A stretch of DNA of 64,000 nucleotides from an uncultured Chloroflexia bacterium. GTDB taxonomy: Bacteria > Chloroflexota > Anaerolineae > CG2-30-64-16. The DNA is taken from contig CAVZDU010000001.1 of NCBI GenBank assembly GCA_963774265.1, positions 224,001 to 288,000 on the forward strand, given 5' to 3'. Shown here one piece after another: positions 10,271 to 20,398 of the stretch. Made by a program: the position numbers and the translations under genes. Below the pieces are notes generated by a model that was given only the letters and a program-made list of their open reading frames with translations, made no database searches and had not been told where the DNA came from. Position 1 is the first letter of the stretch, and each line of letters opens with the position of its first letter.

Positions 10271-11136
10271 GCCTGACCTATCCCTCCAGTGAGGGTCGGA
10301 TCGTAGCCGACCCATTCAATGTCGTCCACACCTTGAAAGCGCCGCGCCATGACCTCCAGTGCGGCGGGATTGTCATCGACCAGGATGAACCGGCGGCCCA
10401 AAACCAGGCAGGCCGCGCCCGCCACACCGCTGCCCGCGAAGAAATCGAGCACCACGCCATCGGGTGGCGACGAGGCGGCCACGATGCGCTTCAGGATGCC
10501 GATGGGCTTCTGGGTTGGATAGCCGGTGCGCTCTGCGCCGTTGGTTGGCACGATGGTGTGCCACCACGTGTCGGTGGGCAGCTTTCCGCGCGCGGTCTTT
10601 TCCGGTCCCACCAGCCCGGGTGCCATGTACGGGATGCGTTCGACTTCGTCCGTGTTGAACAGGTAGTGATCGGGGTCCTTGACGTAGACCAGGATGTTAT
10701 CGTGTTTGGGCGGCCACTTGCGCGTGGTGCGTGCGCCGTAGTCATAGGCCCAGATGATCTCGTTGAGAAAGCAGTCCCGGCCGAAGATGCCGTCGAGCAG
10801 CACTTTGCAGTAGTGCACTTCGCGATAGTCGATGTGAAAGTAGAGGGAGCCGCGCGGAGCCAGCACCCGCCGCGCCTCGACCAGCCGCGGCTCGAGAAAC
10901 GCCAGGTAGTCGTCGAACACGTCCGCGTACGCTCGCGTGGCCAGCTTCGACGTGCGATAACGCCGGCCCGCGAAACCGGTGCGGTCGCCGTCGTCACTAC
11001 GGACGGTCTTGAGCTGCGTGCGGCGCTGCGTCTTGCCCGTGTTGAAAGGTGGGTCGATGTAGATCAGATCGACCGACGAGTCGGTCATCCGCTGCAACAC
11101 AGGCAGGTTGTCGCCGAAGATCACCCGGTGCTTCAC
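10267..11136 (-). CDS. Site-specific DNA methyltransferase (N6/N4, beta class), orphan
   Basis: YIDPPF precedes YPTQKP and VLDFFAGSG. Confidence 0.92.
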   Translation of the reverse strand: MKHRVIFGDNLPVLQRMTDSSVDLIYIDPPFNTGKTQRRTQLKTVRSDDGDRTGFAGRRYRTSKLATRAYADVFDDYLAFLEPRLVEARRVLAPRGSLYFHIDYREVHYCKVLLDGIFGRDCFLNEIIWAYDYGARTTRKWPPKHDNILVYVKDPDHYLFNTDEVERIPYMAPGLVGPEKTARGKLPTDTWWHTIVPTNGAERTGYPTQKPIGILKRIVAASSPPDGVVLDFFAGSGVAGAACLVLGRRFILVDDNPAALEVMARRFQGVDDIEWVGYDPTLTGGIGQA

Positions 11137-11140
11137 AGCC

Positions 11141-12326
11141 TCAATGTTCCCGCAAGTACTCCCGAATCATCAGCGCGGCGGTGGCGCCTTCGCCGGCTGC
11201 CGCGGCGGCCTGCTTGGTGCTGCCCGAGCGCACATCGCCGGCAGCGAACACGCCGGGCAGGCTGGTCTCCAGGTTCAGGTTCGTCGTGACGAAGCCGAAC
11301 TGTCGCGCTGAACCGCTTCAGGCAGCCAGTCGCTGTTGGGGCTTAGGCCGATGAAGATGAACACGCCATCGGGCCCCCATGTGCTCTGCTTGCCGGTTTC
11401 GCGATCCATCACCTCGACGCCCAGCAGCTTGCCGCGCTGGCCGCGGAACGCCTGGATGGCGTGGTTGGTGACCACGCGCATCCCCGGCTCCTTGGCCACC
11501 GCTTCTTGCAGCAGCTTGCTGGCCTTCACCTCCGGCAGAAACTCGACGATGGTCACGCTCTTGGCGTACTGCTTGATGAAGAGGCCTTCCTGGAAGCCGC
11601 TGTTGCCGCCGCCGACCACCAGCACGTCTTTGTCGCGATAGAACGGCGCGTCGCACATGGCGCAGAAGTGGATGGCCGAGCCGATGAGCTCGCGCTCGCC
11701 GGGGACCATCAGACGGCGGTAGCGCGAGCCCGTGGCGATCAGCACGGCCCGCGCGCTGTACTCCGCACCCGAGGTCGTCTTGATGCACTGGTACTGCCCG
11801 CGCGGCCGATCCCCTGGACGCCCTCGGCCTGCACGATTTCGACGCCGAACTTTTTCGCTTGCCTGGTCAGGCGCTGTGCGAACTCCATGCCCGATATGCC
11901 CTCGTCGAAACCGGGGTAGTTGTCCATCATCATGGTGCTGCTGACCTGGCCGCCGGCCGCGCCGCGTTCGAGGATCAGCGTGTTGATGCCTTCGCGCGCG
12001 GCGTAGATGGATGTGGTGAGCCCGGCCGGGCCTGCACCGATGATGATCAGGTCATAGAAGCTGTAACGAGCCGCGGAAACCAGGCCCAGCTTTGGAGCCA
12101 GGGCCTCGTTGCTCGGCTCGACCAGCACCGCGCCATCGGGAAAAACGATGGTGGGAACGCTGCGGTTGCCGTGGTTGAGTCGCTCCACCTCGGCCTGCGC
12201 GGCGAGATCCTGATCGATGTCAATGTAGTCGTAGGCAACGCGGTGCTCGCCCAGAAATTGCTTGCAGCGGCGGCAGTCGGGGCACCAGGGGGTGCCGTAT
12301 ACGATCAGCGGCCTTTCCTGTCCCAT
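11141..12326 (-). CDS. trxB: Glutaredoxin-domain thioredoxin reductase fusion (frameshifted in this assembly)
   Basis: N-terminal WCPDC Grx domain, [37 protein letters not shown]. Confidence 0.88.
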
Positions 12327-12387
12327 CTCGGCTCCTTGACACGGGTTTTGGCGGGGGCTAGTATAACACACGGGAGGATCTGGTCCA

Positions 12388-13239
12388 ATGCTCAAGCGGT
12401 TTTCGACCTGGCGCGTGCTCCTCGTGCTGGTCTTGCTCGCAGCGATTGCCTGGTTTGCCTTGCGTGGCTTGCCGGACGGGAGGCTGCATGTCTGGTTCCT
12501 CGACGTGGGGCAGGGGGACGCGATCCTGATCCAGGCACCCGATGGCCGGCAAATCCTGGTGGATGGCGGGCCGAGCCCGGCCGCCCTGCTCGACGAATTG
12601 GGCGAGGTCCTGCCGTTCTGGGATCGATCGCTCGACCTCGTGGTGCTGAGCCATGGCGATGCCGATCATGTCTCGGGGCTGATTCCCCTGGTGGAACGCT
12701 ACCGGGTGACGGCTGCGGTGGACGGCACGCCCTCTGGCGATGAGGGGGGCGCCGCGTGGCTGGCGGCCGTGCAGGATGCGGGAATCCCCCGCATGACCGC
12801 GACGCGTGGGACGCGGTTGGCCGCCGGGGCCATGGTGCTCACGGTCCTCAACCCTGGCGCCCAGGCTCCCGGAAGTGCGGCGGACGGCAACGACGCAAGC
12901 CTGGTGCTGCGCGTGGACTATGGGGAGACGAGCCTGCTGCTGACCGGGGACGCCGAAGGGGAGGCCGAGCAAGCCATCATGGACGCAGGGCTGCCGCTGA
13001 CTGCGGATGTGCTGAAGGTAGGGCATCACGGGAGCGGGCGCAGCACATCGGCTGCGTTCCTGGCCGAGGTCGCTCCCCAGGTCGCCGTAATCTCGGTCGG
13101 CGCGGAGAATCGCTTCGGGCATCCCAGCGCGGAAGTGCTCGCTCGACTAGCCGGCGTGCAGGTGCTGCGGACGGACGAGCGAGGTCGGGTAGAGGTGATC
13201 AGCGACGGGAAGAAGCTGAGCGTGCAATGGGAGCGCTAG
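12388..13239 (+). CDS. Stand-alone ComEC-type metallo-beta-lactamase-fold nuclease with N-terminal membrane anchor
   Basis: [45 protein letters not shown]-x2-G; hydrophobic N-terminus. Confidence 0.9.
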   Translation: MLKRFSTWRVLLVLVLLAAIAWFALRGLPDGRLHVWFLDVGQGDAILIQAPDGRQILVDGGPSPAALLDELGEVLPFWDRSLDLVVLSHGDADHVSGLIPLVERYRVTAAVDGTPSGDEGGAAWLAAVQDAGIPRMTATRGTRLAAGAMVLTVLNPGAQAPGSAADGNDASLVLRVDYGETSLLLTGDAEGEAEQAIMDAGLPLTADVLKVGHHGSGRSTSAAFLAEVAPQVAVISVGAENRFGHPSAEVLARLAGVQVLRTDERGRVEVISDGKKLSVQWER

Positions 13240-13506
13240 AAGGCTCTCGCCATTGCGCTGCCGCGAACAGCTTCTCTGCGACCTCTTCCCCTTCCTGTAA
13301 GTGAGGTTGCCCGGCGTTTGCTAAGATCAGGCCGTCTTGCAGGCGGAGGTCGGCGCGATGGTCTGGGAGGCGAGTTGGGAGAGTCCGCTTGAGGCGTATC
13401 TGAGCAGTTACACTCTTTTGTCCCTTGCATGCGACGTGGTAGAATCTCGATGCTTCCGCTCTTGGTTTAGCAGAGTTCATCAACCCCCAAGTGAGCAATA
13501 TCGGCG

Positions 13507-15660
13507 ATGTCGACCTTCCTGGCGCAGTGGCTTTTGTTTGTCTACCTCAATTTGTGCGCAGGCAGTATCGCGTTCGTCTTGGCCTGGCAGGACGAGACGC
13601 GCCGCAACAACTCGCTCGGTTTCCTGGTCTCCTGGGCGACCTTCTTCCTTTCCGCCATCGTTCTCTTCGAAACCGCCCTGGGCATACTGCACCTGCTCAC
13701 GCCTGGGGCGCTGGCGATCGGGCTCGGCGCAGGCGCAGTGGCAGCCTGGTTAGCGTTTGTCAAGCGCGGCTCCGTGTTCGCCGTGCCGCCGGGGTGGCGC
13801 GATACCTTGAACCGCGGCCGCCAGGCTTTGGTTGAGGGCCAGGTCCCGGTCTCCCTCGTGCTCGTTCCCTGGCTGGCAGCAACTTTCCTCGTTTCCGCGT
13901 TGGTCGAGCCTTCTGGCCTGGTCGATTCTTTCATTTATCACCTGCCCATGCCCATCGACTGGCTGCAGCACGCCGCGTTGACGCCGACCTACATTCCCAT
14001 GGCCGAAATCGCAAACAGCTACTTCCCGGGCAATGCCGAGTTGCTGTACTTCTGGATGTTGGCGCCTTTTCGCAACGACCTGCTCGTGCGCCTGGTCCCG
14101 GTCGGCATGTGGACCCTGCTCGGACTCGGCCTCTACCGCCTGTGCCGGCAGGCCGGAGCGCAGCGCGTACCGTCGGTGATCGGCGTCGTCATCTTCCTCT
14201 TCACCCCGCTAGTCCTCAGTGAGTCGGCGGACCTCTGGGCCGATGTGACTGCCACTGCGCTGTTCGTGCTGGCGCTTGGATATCTCTTCGAGTATGCGCG
14301 GCGACCTGCACTATCAACGGCCGCGCTGTTCGGCCTGGCCAGCGGCCTGTTCCTGGGCGTCAAATACTCCGGCCCCGCGTTTCTGGCCCTCCTGCTGAGC
14401 GCTTTTGCGATCGTCGTCCTGGCTTCGCGACGCTCCATCGGCGTCACCCTCATGTGGCGTTCGGCCCTTGTCGTCATTCTCACGGTCACTGCCACCGGCG
14501 CTTACTGGTACCTGCGCAACCTGGTTCTCGCGGGCAATCCGTTCTATCCGCTGGGCGTAAGCATCGCCGGCCGGCAGATCTTCCTGGGACCAGGCGTGGG
14601 CAGCGGTGACACGCTGTGGGACTACGCGGGCTCTGTTCATCCGTGGGACATGATCTCCGCATTGGTGATGGGCTATGGTGTCTTCTTCTGGCTGGCAATG
14701 GGCATGACGCTCGTCTCCGTCGCCTGGGGGCTCCACACCGCCCGTCACAACTCGTCTGCGCCGCGCCCGCGCCCGTGGCCCGGTATGCTTGCCCTGATCG
14801 CCGGACTCACGATCGCTGGCCTGCTGCTCTATCTCAGGACACCCTACTCGGTCATGCGTTTCTCTCACTCCATCCCGATCACAGCGCTGGAGCTGGTCAG
14901 AGGAATGCGCTTCAGCCTGATCACAGGCGCCGGCGCGACTGTGCTCCTGGCCACCGGCCTGAACTATATGTCCAAGCGCCTGAACCCTGCCTGGGTTGTG
15001 GCCACCATGGCGCTGATCGAAGGTCTCCTCGCCGGCTACCATATCCGATTTTTTGATTTCTTCACATTGCCGCGGCTCCTTGCGACAGGAGTCTTCATCT
15101 GCGTGGCGCTCTTCGCATTGCGCGGGCTGGCGGAGGTGAATTGGCAGCGCGTGGCGCGGCTACGCGCCTGGCATCCGCCGCGTGTTTGGATCTCTGCCGC
15201 TGTTGTTGCCGTGCTTGTAGCTGGGCTGGGCCTGGCGTATCTCATGCAGTATCGTGAGGCTTTCCGCTACGCGATTTATGAAAGCCGGTATGGCGAAACA
15301 GGGCTTGCCTGGCGCTGGATTGACGACAACATCAACCATGCCAGGGTCGCCTATATAGGCGATGACCCGCGGATGCTCGGCGCATATGGCGTCGACCTGA
15401 GCAATGAGGTCCGCTATGTCAACATCGCAGGCGATCTGGTAGAGCGCCACGACGACTTCTACCGCCGGGGAACATATTATCGCGCAAACGGCAACTATGA
15501 GGTGTGGCAGCGCAACCTGGCAGCTTGGTCCGCAGATTACCTTGTCGTTACGTCGCCGTCTGTAGAAGAAGAGAAATGGGCGTCTGAACATCCGGAGGCG
15601 TTCAACCCGGTCTTCGAAGCTGGTCCAGTGAAAATCTACCGGATTGGCATGCTCGAATAA
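13507..15660 (+). CDS. Polytopic membrane protein, GT-C/ArnT-PMT-like glycosyltransferase
   Basis: Many TM helices, DSFIYHLP, YFPGNAELL, WYLRNLVLAGNPFYP. Confidence 0.65.
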   Translation: MSTFLAQWLLFVYLNLCAGSIAFVLAWQDETRRNNSLGFLVSWATFFLSAIVLFETALGILHLLTPGALAIGLGAGAVAAWLAFVKRGSVFAVPPGWRDTLNRGRQALVEGQVPVSLVLVPWLAATFLVSALVEPSGLVDSFIYHLPMPIDWLQHAALTPTYIPMAEIANSYFPGNAELLYFWMLAPFRNDLLVRLVPVGMWTLLGLGLYRLCRQAGAQRVPSVIGVVIFLFTPLVLSESADLWADVTATALFVLALGYLFEYARRPALSTAALFGLASGLFLGVKYSGPAFLALLLSAFAIVVLASRRSIGVTLMWRSALVVILTVTATGAYWYLRNLVLAGNPFYPLGVSIAGRQIFLGPGVGSGDTLWDYAGSVHPWDMISALVMGYGVFFWLAMGMTLVSVAWGLHTARHNSSAPRPRPWPGMLALIAGLTIAGLLLYLRTPYSVMRFSHSIPITALELVRGMRFSLITGAGATVLLATGLNYMSKRLNPAWVVATMALIEGLLAGYHIRFFDFFTLPRLLATGVFICVALFALRGLAEVNWQRVARLRAWHPPRVWISAAVVAVLVAGLGLAYLMQYREAFRYAIYESRYGETGLAWRWIDDNINHARVAYIGDDPRMLGAYGVDLSNEVRYVNIAGDLVERHDDFYRRGTYYRANGNYEVWQRNLAAWSADYLVVTSPSVEEEKWASEHPEAFNPVFEAGPVKIYRIGMLE

Positions 15661-15791
15661 TACCGGAACTGCTCGCCTACACCTCCGGTCCCGGCTTCGC
15701 TCTGGCTGCAGTCTTGTCGGTATTGGTGGCCTTGGTATGGCCCGTACCGCCGAAATCGGCCCATCTCGGGTCGGACAGCGCCTCCTGCGAC

Positions 15792-15835
15792 TTGACAGTT
15801 CACAGCCTCAATGCTAGTATCCCCCCAGGGGGATA
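15792..15835 (+). promoter_or_regulatory. Sigma70 promoter with CsoR-type operator 1
   Basis: TTGACA-17-TAGTAT overlapped by TATCCCCCCAGGGGGATA. Confidence 0.75.
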
Positions 15836-15975
15836 TGATGGTGAGCACTCATTTCCGCTCGATCGCAAACGCCATTTTAGCCCACACCCCGGCAAAAATG
15901 CCATGCTTGCTGTCGGGCAAACCTCGACGGCCGGTCACATGAGTTCGTCACGATGGAAGAGACCACAGACGGACA

Positions 15976-15994
15976 TATCCCCCTAGGGGGGATA
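15976..15994 (+). promoter_or_regulatory. CsoR-type operator 2
   Basis: TATCCCCCTAGGGGGGATA C-tract/G-tract pseudo-palindrome. Confidence 0.7.
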
Positions 15995-16027
15995 GACTCA
16001 ACTCGCGCGCCACTCGGAGGTGATAAA

Positions 16028-17992
16028 TTGACGAGCATGAATGAGACGATGGTAGACCAGGGCCAGTTCTGCGAGACCTGCGGCGTGACGCCCCCGGGAT
16101 TCTTCCAGCGCTATCGTGGTTTCCTGCTCTCCACCGGCACGTTGATCACCGTCGCGAATGTACTGCTCTTGCTCATTGGCTTCGCACTGCAGCTCACGGG
16201 ATACCCCGGGGTGGGCAAGTGGTTCTATCTGGCCTCGGCGCTTGTGGGCGGATCCCCGATCTTCAAGCTCGCCGCTGTGAACGTATTCACGCGCTTCGAT
16301 CTCACCGCGGGCGTCATGGTGAGCATCGCGATGATCGCCGCGATCATCATCGGCGAGTATAGCGCGGCAGCGCTGGTGGCGTTCATGATGCTGGTGGGCG
16401 AGATGCTGGAGAACTTCACCATGGCGCGCGCAGACAACGCCTTGAATGAGCTCTCGAGTCTCGTGCCTGAGACTGTGACGCTGCTGCGAGACGGCCGGGA
16501 AGTCGCCACACCCGCGCTGGCTGTCCGCCCGGGCGACGTCGTCCTGGTGCGCCCCGGCGGCCGAGTCCCTGTCGACGGCCAGGTGCTGCGCGGCCATGCT
16601 GCACTCGATCAGTCGGCCATCACCGGCGAGTCCCTGCCGATTGACAAGATGCCCGGCGACGCCGTATTTGCGGGAACACTGTGTTCCGGGGGTGCACTCG
16701 AGGTACGCGCGACGCAAGTGGGCGAGGAGACCACGCTCGGCAACATGATCCGGCTGGTGCGCGACGCCCGCGCAACCCAGGCGCCCGTGCAGCGGATCGC
16801 CAACAAGTACGCGCAATACCTGATCCCGATTGCGATCAGCATCGCGATCATCGTCTATCTGCTCACCGGCGAAATCGTGCGCGCTATCACGGTGCTGATT
16901 GTCATCTGCCCCTGCGCGCTGGTGCTTGCCACGCCGACAGCTTTGGTGGCGGCCATCGGGAACGCAGCCCGCCGCGGGGTGCTGGTCAAACACGGCACCG
17001 CAATGGAGCAGATCGGCCGGGTTGACGTGGTGGCGTTCGACAAGACCGGCACCCTCACACTTGGCGAGCCGCGGGTGATGAAAACCGTGCCGCTCAACGG
17101 CCTGGGAGACCGGGAGTTGCTCCGCCTGGCCGCCAGCGCGGAACGCCTGAGCGAGCACCCGCTGGCGCGGGCTATCGTGTCGGCCGCACAAGAGCAAGGC
17201 ATCGAGATGCAGTTGCCTGACGATTTCGAGACCCTGCCCGGACACGGGGTCCGTGCCCGGGTCGACGGCCGACTGGTGATGATCGGCGACGGGATGCTGG
17301 CCAAGGCCAACGTCAAAGTGGGGGCAACGGCTCTGGCGGAGACGCAAGATCACGCGGCCCAGGGACAGAAAGTGATTCCGGTGGCCGTGGACGACGAGGT
17401 AGTCGGTCTCCTTGTGCTGGCCGATTCAGTACGACCGGAGTCGCGTGCTGCCGTAGCGCGTTTGAAGGCATTGGGAATCAAGGAGACGGTGCTGATCAGT
17501 GGGGATAACGCGAAGGTCGCCGAAGGTGTTGCGCAGGCACTGGGCGTCGATCGCGTCCACGCGAACGCCCTGCCCCAAGCCAAGCTTGACCTGATTCGCG
17601 CGTACCAGGCACAAGGCCAAAGGGTCGCCTTCGTCGGTGACGGGGTCAACGATGCGCCTGCGCTGGCTGCGGCCGACATCGGCATCGCGATGGGCGCAGC
17701 AGGCACTGCCGTGGCAATGGAGACGGCTGACATCGTACTGCTGACCGATCAGTTGGATCGCGTGCCATTTCTGGTAGAATTGTCGCGCGGTGGACTCGGT
17801 GTTATCCGCAACAACGTCATCTTCTCCATGTCGTGGAACGTACTAGCCGTTCTGCTGAGCGGGTTTGGCGTCATCGGGCCGGTATTCGGTGCGGTCATGC
17901 ATGAACTCTCCGCACTGCCGGTGGTTGCCAATTCCGCCCGGTTGATCAATTGGCAGCCACGTCGTGGGGAAGCACCCGACCGAATGCATTGA
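16028..17992 (+). CDS. Heavy-metal translocating P1B-type ATPase
   Basis: TGES, CPC, DKTGT, SEHPL, GDGVNDAP; TTG start after GGAGGTG. Confidence 0.95.
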   Translation: MTSMNETMVDQGQFCETCGVTPPGFFQRYRGFLLSTGTLITVANVLLLLIGFALQLTGYPGVGKWFYLASALVGGSPIFKLAAVNVFTRFDLTAGVMVSIAMIAAIIIGEYSAAALVAFMMLVGEMLENFTMARADNALNELSSLVPETVTLLRDGREVATPALAVRPGDVVLVRPGGRVPVDGQVLRGHAALDQSAITGESLPIDKMPGDAVFAGTLCSGGALEVRATQVGEETTLGNMIRLVRDARATQAPVQRIANKYAQYLIPIAISIAIIVYLLTGEIVRAITVLIVICPCALVLATPTALVAAIGNAARRGVLVKHGTAMEQIGRVDVVAFDKTGTLTLGEPRVMKTVPLNGLGDRELLRLAASAERLSEHPLARAIVSAAQEQGIEMQLPDDFETLPGHGVRARVDGRLVMIGDGMLAKANVKVGATALAETQDHAAQGQKVIPVAVDDEVVGLLVLADSVRPESRAAVARLKALGIKETVLISGDNAKVAEGVAQALGVDRVHANALPQAKLDLIRAYQAQGQRVAFVGDGVNDAPALAAADIGIAMGAAGTAVAMETADIVLLTDQLDRVPFLVELSRGGLGVIRNNVIFSMSWNVLAVLLSGFGVIGPVFGAVMHELSALPVVANSARLINWQPRRGEAPDRMH

Positions 17993-18010
17993 AGGTAAAG
18001 AAGGTTGGTG

Positions 18011-18289
18011 ATGGCAGCAGTAATACATAAGCACAACGAGCGCCAAGCCATTTTGAATCGCCTGGCCCGGATCGAGGGCCACGTGCACAAGATCCGTTCG
18101 ATGGTTGAGGAGGGCCAGGACTGTCCCGCGATCCTGATGCAGCTCGCAGCCGTGCGGTCAGCCATCAACAAAGTCGCCCAGGCCGTGCTGGAAGATCATG
18201 TGGACTCCTGCCTGCTGGGTGCAGGTGACGCGGCTGAGACTGAGCGGGCATGGGCGGAATTAAAAGACGCTTTTGATGTCATCTTCTGA
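18011..18289 (+). CDS. CsoR/RcnR family metal-sensing repressor
   Basis: NRLARIEGH, DCPAILMQLAAVRSA, EDHVDSC. Confidence 0.92.
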   Translation: MAAVIHKHNERQAILNRLARIEGHVHKIRSMVEEGQDCPAILMQLAAVRSAINKVAQAVLEDHVDSCLLGAGDAAETERAWAELKDAFDVIF

Positions 18290-18333
18290 TACTACACCCG
18301 TAGATTTGTCGGTCGGCTAGCGCTCACCTACCT

Positions 18334-18362
18334 TTGACAGGCCGCACGGGTGATGCTAGACT
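18334..18362 (+). promoter_or_regulatory. Sigma70 promoter of the thiamine operon
   Basis: TTGACA-17-TAGACT with extended TG. Confidence 0.7.
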
Positions 18363-18408
18363 ACTGCCAACTGAGAACCGCACGGCCTGCAACGATGGGC
18401 AGCCGCGA

Positions 18409-18516
18409 GGCAGGGGGAGCTGGGTGGAGCCCGGCTGAGAGGTTGGCGCCGATCCGCGGCGGATGGGCATGCCGACGACCCCTTGAACCTGACGGGTAAT
18501 GCCGGCGAAGGGATGC
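18409..18516 (+). ncRNA. TPP riboswitch aptamer
   Basis: GGGGAGC...GCTGAGAGG...GACCCCTTGAACCTGACGGGTAATGCCGGCGAAGGGA upstream of thiamine genes. Confidence 0.93.
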
Positions 18517-18530
18517 GACAGATGGCAGAG

Positions 18531-18556
18531 GCGACCCGATGAGGGTCGCTTTTTTG
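18531..18556 (+). terminator. Riboswitch expression-platform intrinsic terminator
   Basis: GCGACCC-GATGA-GGGTCGC hairpin followed by TTTTTT. Confidence 0.88.
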
Positions 18557-18576
18557 TTGCTGCTCTGGAGGAACGC

Positions 18577-19233
18577 GTGAGGGTGTTTGTGGTGGCGGGG
18601 AGCCCTGCGGCGCGGCAGCCGGATGGGCTGACACCTGAACCAGGCGACCGCGTGATCGCCGCCGATCTCGGCGCGCAGCACGCCGTGCGCTGGGGCTGGC
18701 ACGTGGACCTGCTGGTGGGCGATCTCGATTCGCTGCCGCCGGACATGGCACGCGACCTCGAAGCCGCCGGTGTGGAGGTCCTGCGCGTCCCCGCAGCCAA
18801 AGACCAGACGGATACCGAGCTGGCCGTCACGCGTGCGCTGGAGATGGGTGCGGAACAGCTCGTCATCTGCGGTGTCACCGGCGGCCGGACCGACCATCTG
18901 CTGGCGAATGTACTGCTGCTGGCGCATCGGGCGCTGGCCGATGTGGACGCGTTCCTGGTCGATGGTGGCGAGACGCTGCGACTGCTTCGAGCGGACGGCG
19001 AACTTGTGCGACTGGCGATTGAAGGCGCAGCGGGCGATCTGCTGTCCCTGTTGCCCCTCGGCGCGGATGTCGCCGGGGTCTCGACCGGGGGTCTGCGCTA
19101 TCCGCTGAATGATGAGACGCTGCACCTTGGCGAGGCCCGGGGAATCAGCAATGTATTAACACGCAGCCGGGCGCACGTCAGCCTGCGCCGCGGCTGCTTG
19201 CTGGTCATTCACAACAGGACGGAACCAAAATGA
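18577..19233 (+). CDS. thiN: Thiamine pyrophosphokinase
   Basis: [38 protein letters not shown]. Confidence 0.92.
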   Translation: MRVFVVAGSPAARQPDGLTPEPGDRVIAADLGAQHAVRWGWHVDLLVGDLDSLPPDMARDLEAAGVEVLRVPAAKDQTDTELAVTRALEMGAEQLVICGVTGGRTDHLLANVLLLAHRALADVDAFLVDGGETLRLLRADGELVRLAIEGAAGDLLSLLPLGADVAGVSTGGLRYPLNDETLHLGEARGISNVLTRSRAHVSLRRGCLLVIHNRTEPK

Positions 19234-20398
19234 AACACAATTTGCTCCTCATTACGCTGCTACTGGCGGCCACCATGGTGGCGGCCATGATGGCGGCCTG
19301 CACGACCGTGCCCCCGGCTTCGCCCACCGCGCCCGTGGCTGTGACCGCGGCGCCGGCGGCCGAAGCCACAGCAGAGCCGGCCACTCCGGTGATCGAACCG
19401 ACCACTGCGCCCGGGACCAGGACGCTTACGGTCATGACGCACGATAGCTTCAGCGTCAGCGAGGATGTCGTCGCCAAGTTCCAGGCGCAGTGCGGCTGCA
19501 CGGTGCAGTTCCTCAAGTCGGGCGATACGGGGCTGGCGCTGAACAAGGCAATCCTGAGCAAAAACAACCCGCTGGCCGATGTCTTCTACGGCGTCGACAA
19601 CACCTTCCTGAGCCGCGGCCTGGCCGGCGACATCTTCGAGCCGTACGCATCGCCTGCGCTGGCGCGGCATGCCGGCCGAGCTGAAGCTCGACCCCAGCAA
19701 CCGGCTGCTGCCGGTCGACTTCGGCTACGTGACGCTCAACTACGACAAGGCCTACTTCGCCGAGAACGACCTCCCGCTGCCGCCGACCCTGCGTGACCTG
19801 ACCAGATCCCGCATACAAGGGCCTGTTGGTCGTCGAAAACCCGGCCACGTCATCGCCCGGCCTGGCCTTCCTGCTGACAACGATCGCCACCTTCGGTGAG
19901 ACGGGGCGACTACACCTACCTGGATTTCTGGCGCGATCTGCGGGCAAACGATGTGCTCGTCACCGATGGGTGGGAGGACGCGTACTACGGCCAGTTCAGC
20001 GGCGGCAGCGGGGAGGGCGACCGTCCGCTGGTCGTCAGCTATGCCACCAGCCCGGCCGCCGAGGTGTTCTTTGCCGATCCGCAGCCGGCCGAATCGCCCG
20101 ACCGGCAACCTGCTCATGCCCGGCGGCAGCTTCCGGCAGGTTGAGTTCGTGGGCATCCTGAAAGGTGCGAAGGAACCCGAGCTGGCGCGGCAGTGGGTCG
20201 ACTTCATGCTGGGCGAGTCTTCCAGGCCGACATCCCGCTGCAGATGTGGGTTTATCCCGGGCTGCCCGGCGCCGGCTGCCCGAGGTGTTCACAAAATACG
20301 CGCAGGTGCCCACTGACGCCGTGACGGTGTCGCCCGACCAGATCGAGGCGGGCAGGGAGAAATGGCTGCAGGCGTGGACCGACGTCGTGCTGCGTTAG
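19230..20398 (+). CDS. thiB: Thiamine ABC transporter substrate-binding lipoprotein (frameshifted in this assembly)
   Basis: Lipobox [42 protein letters not shown]. Confidence 0.88.
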
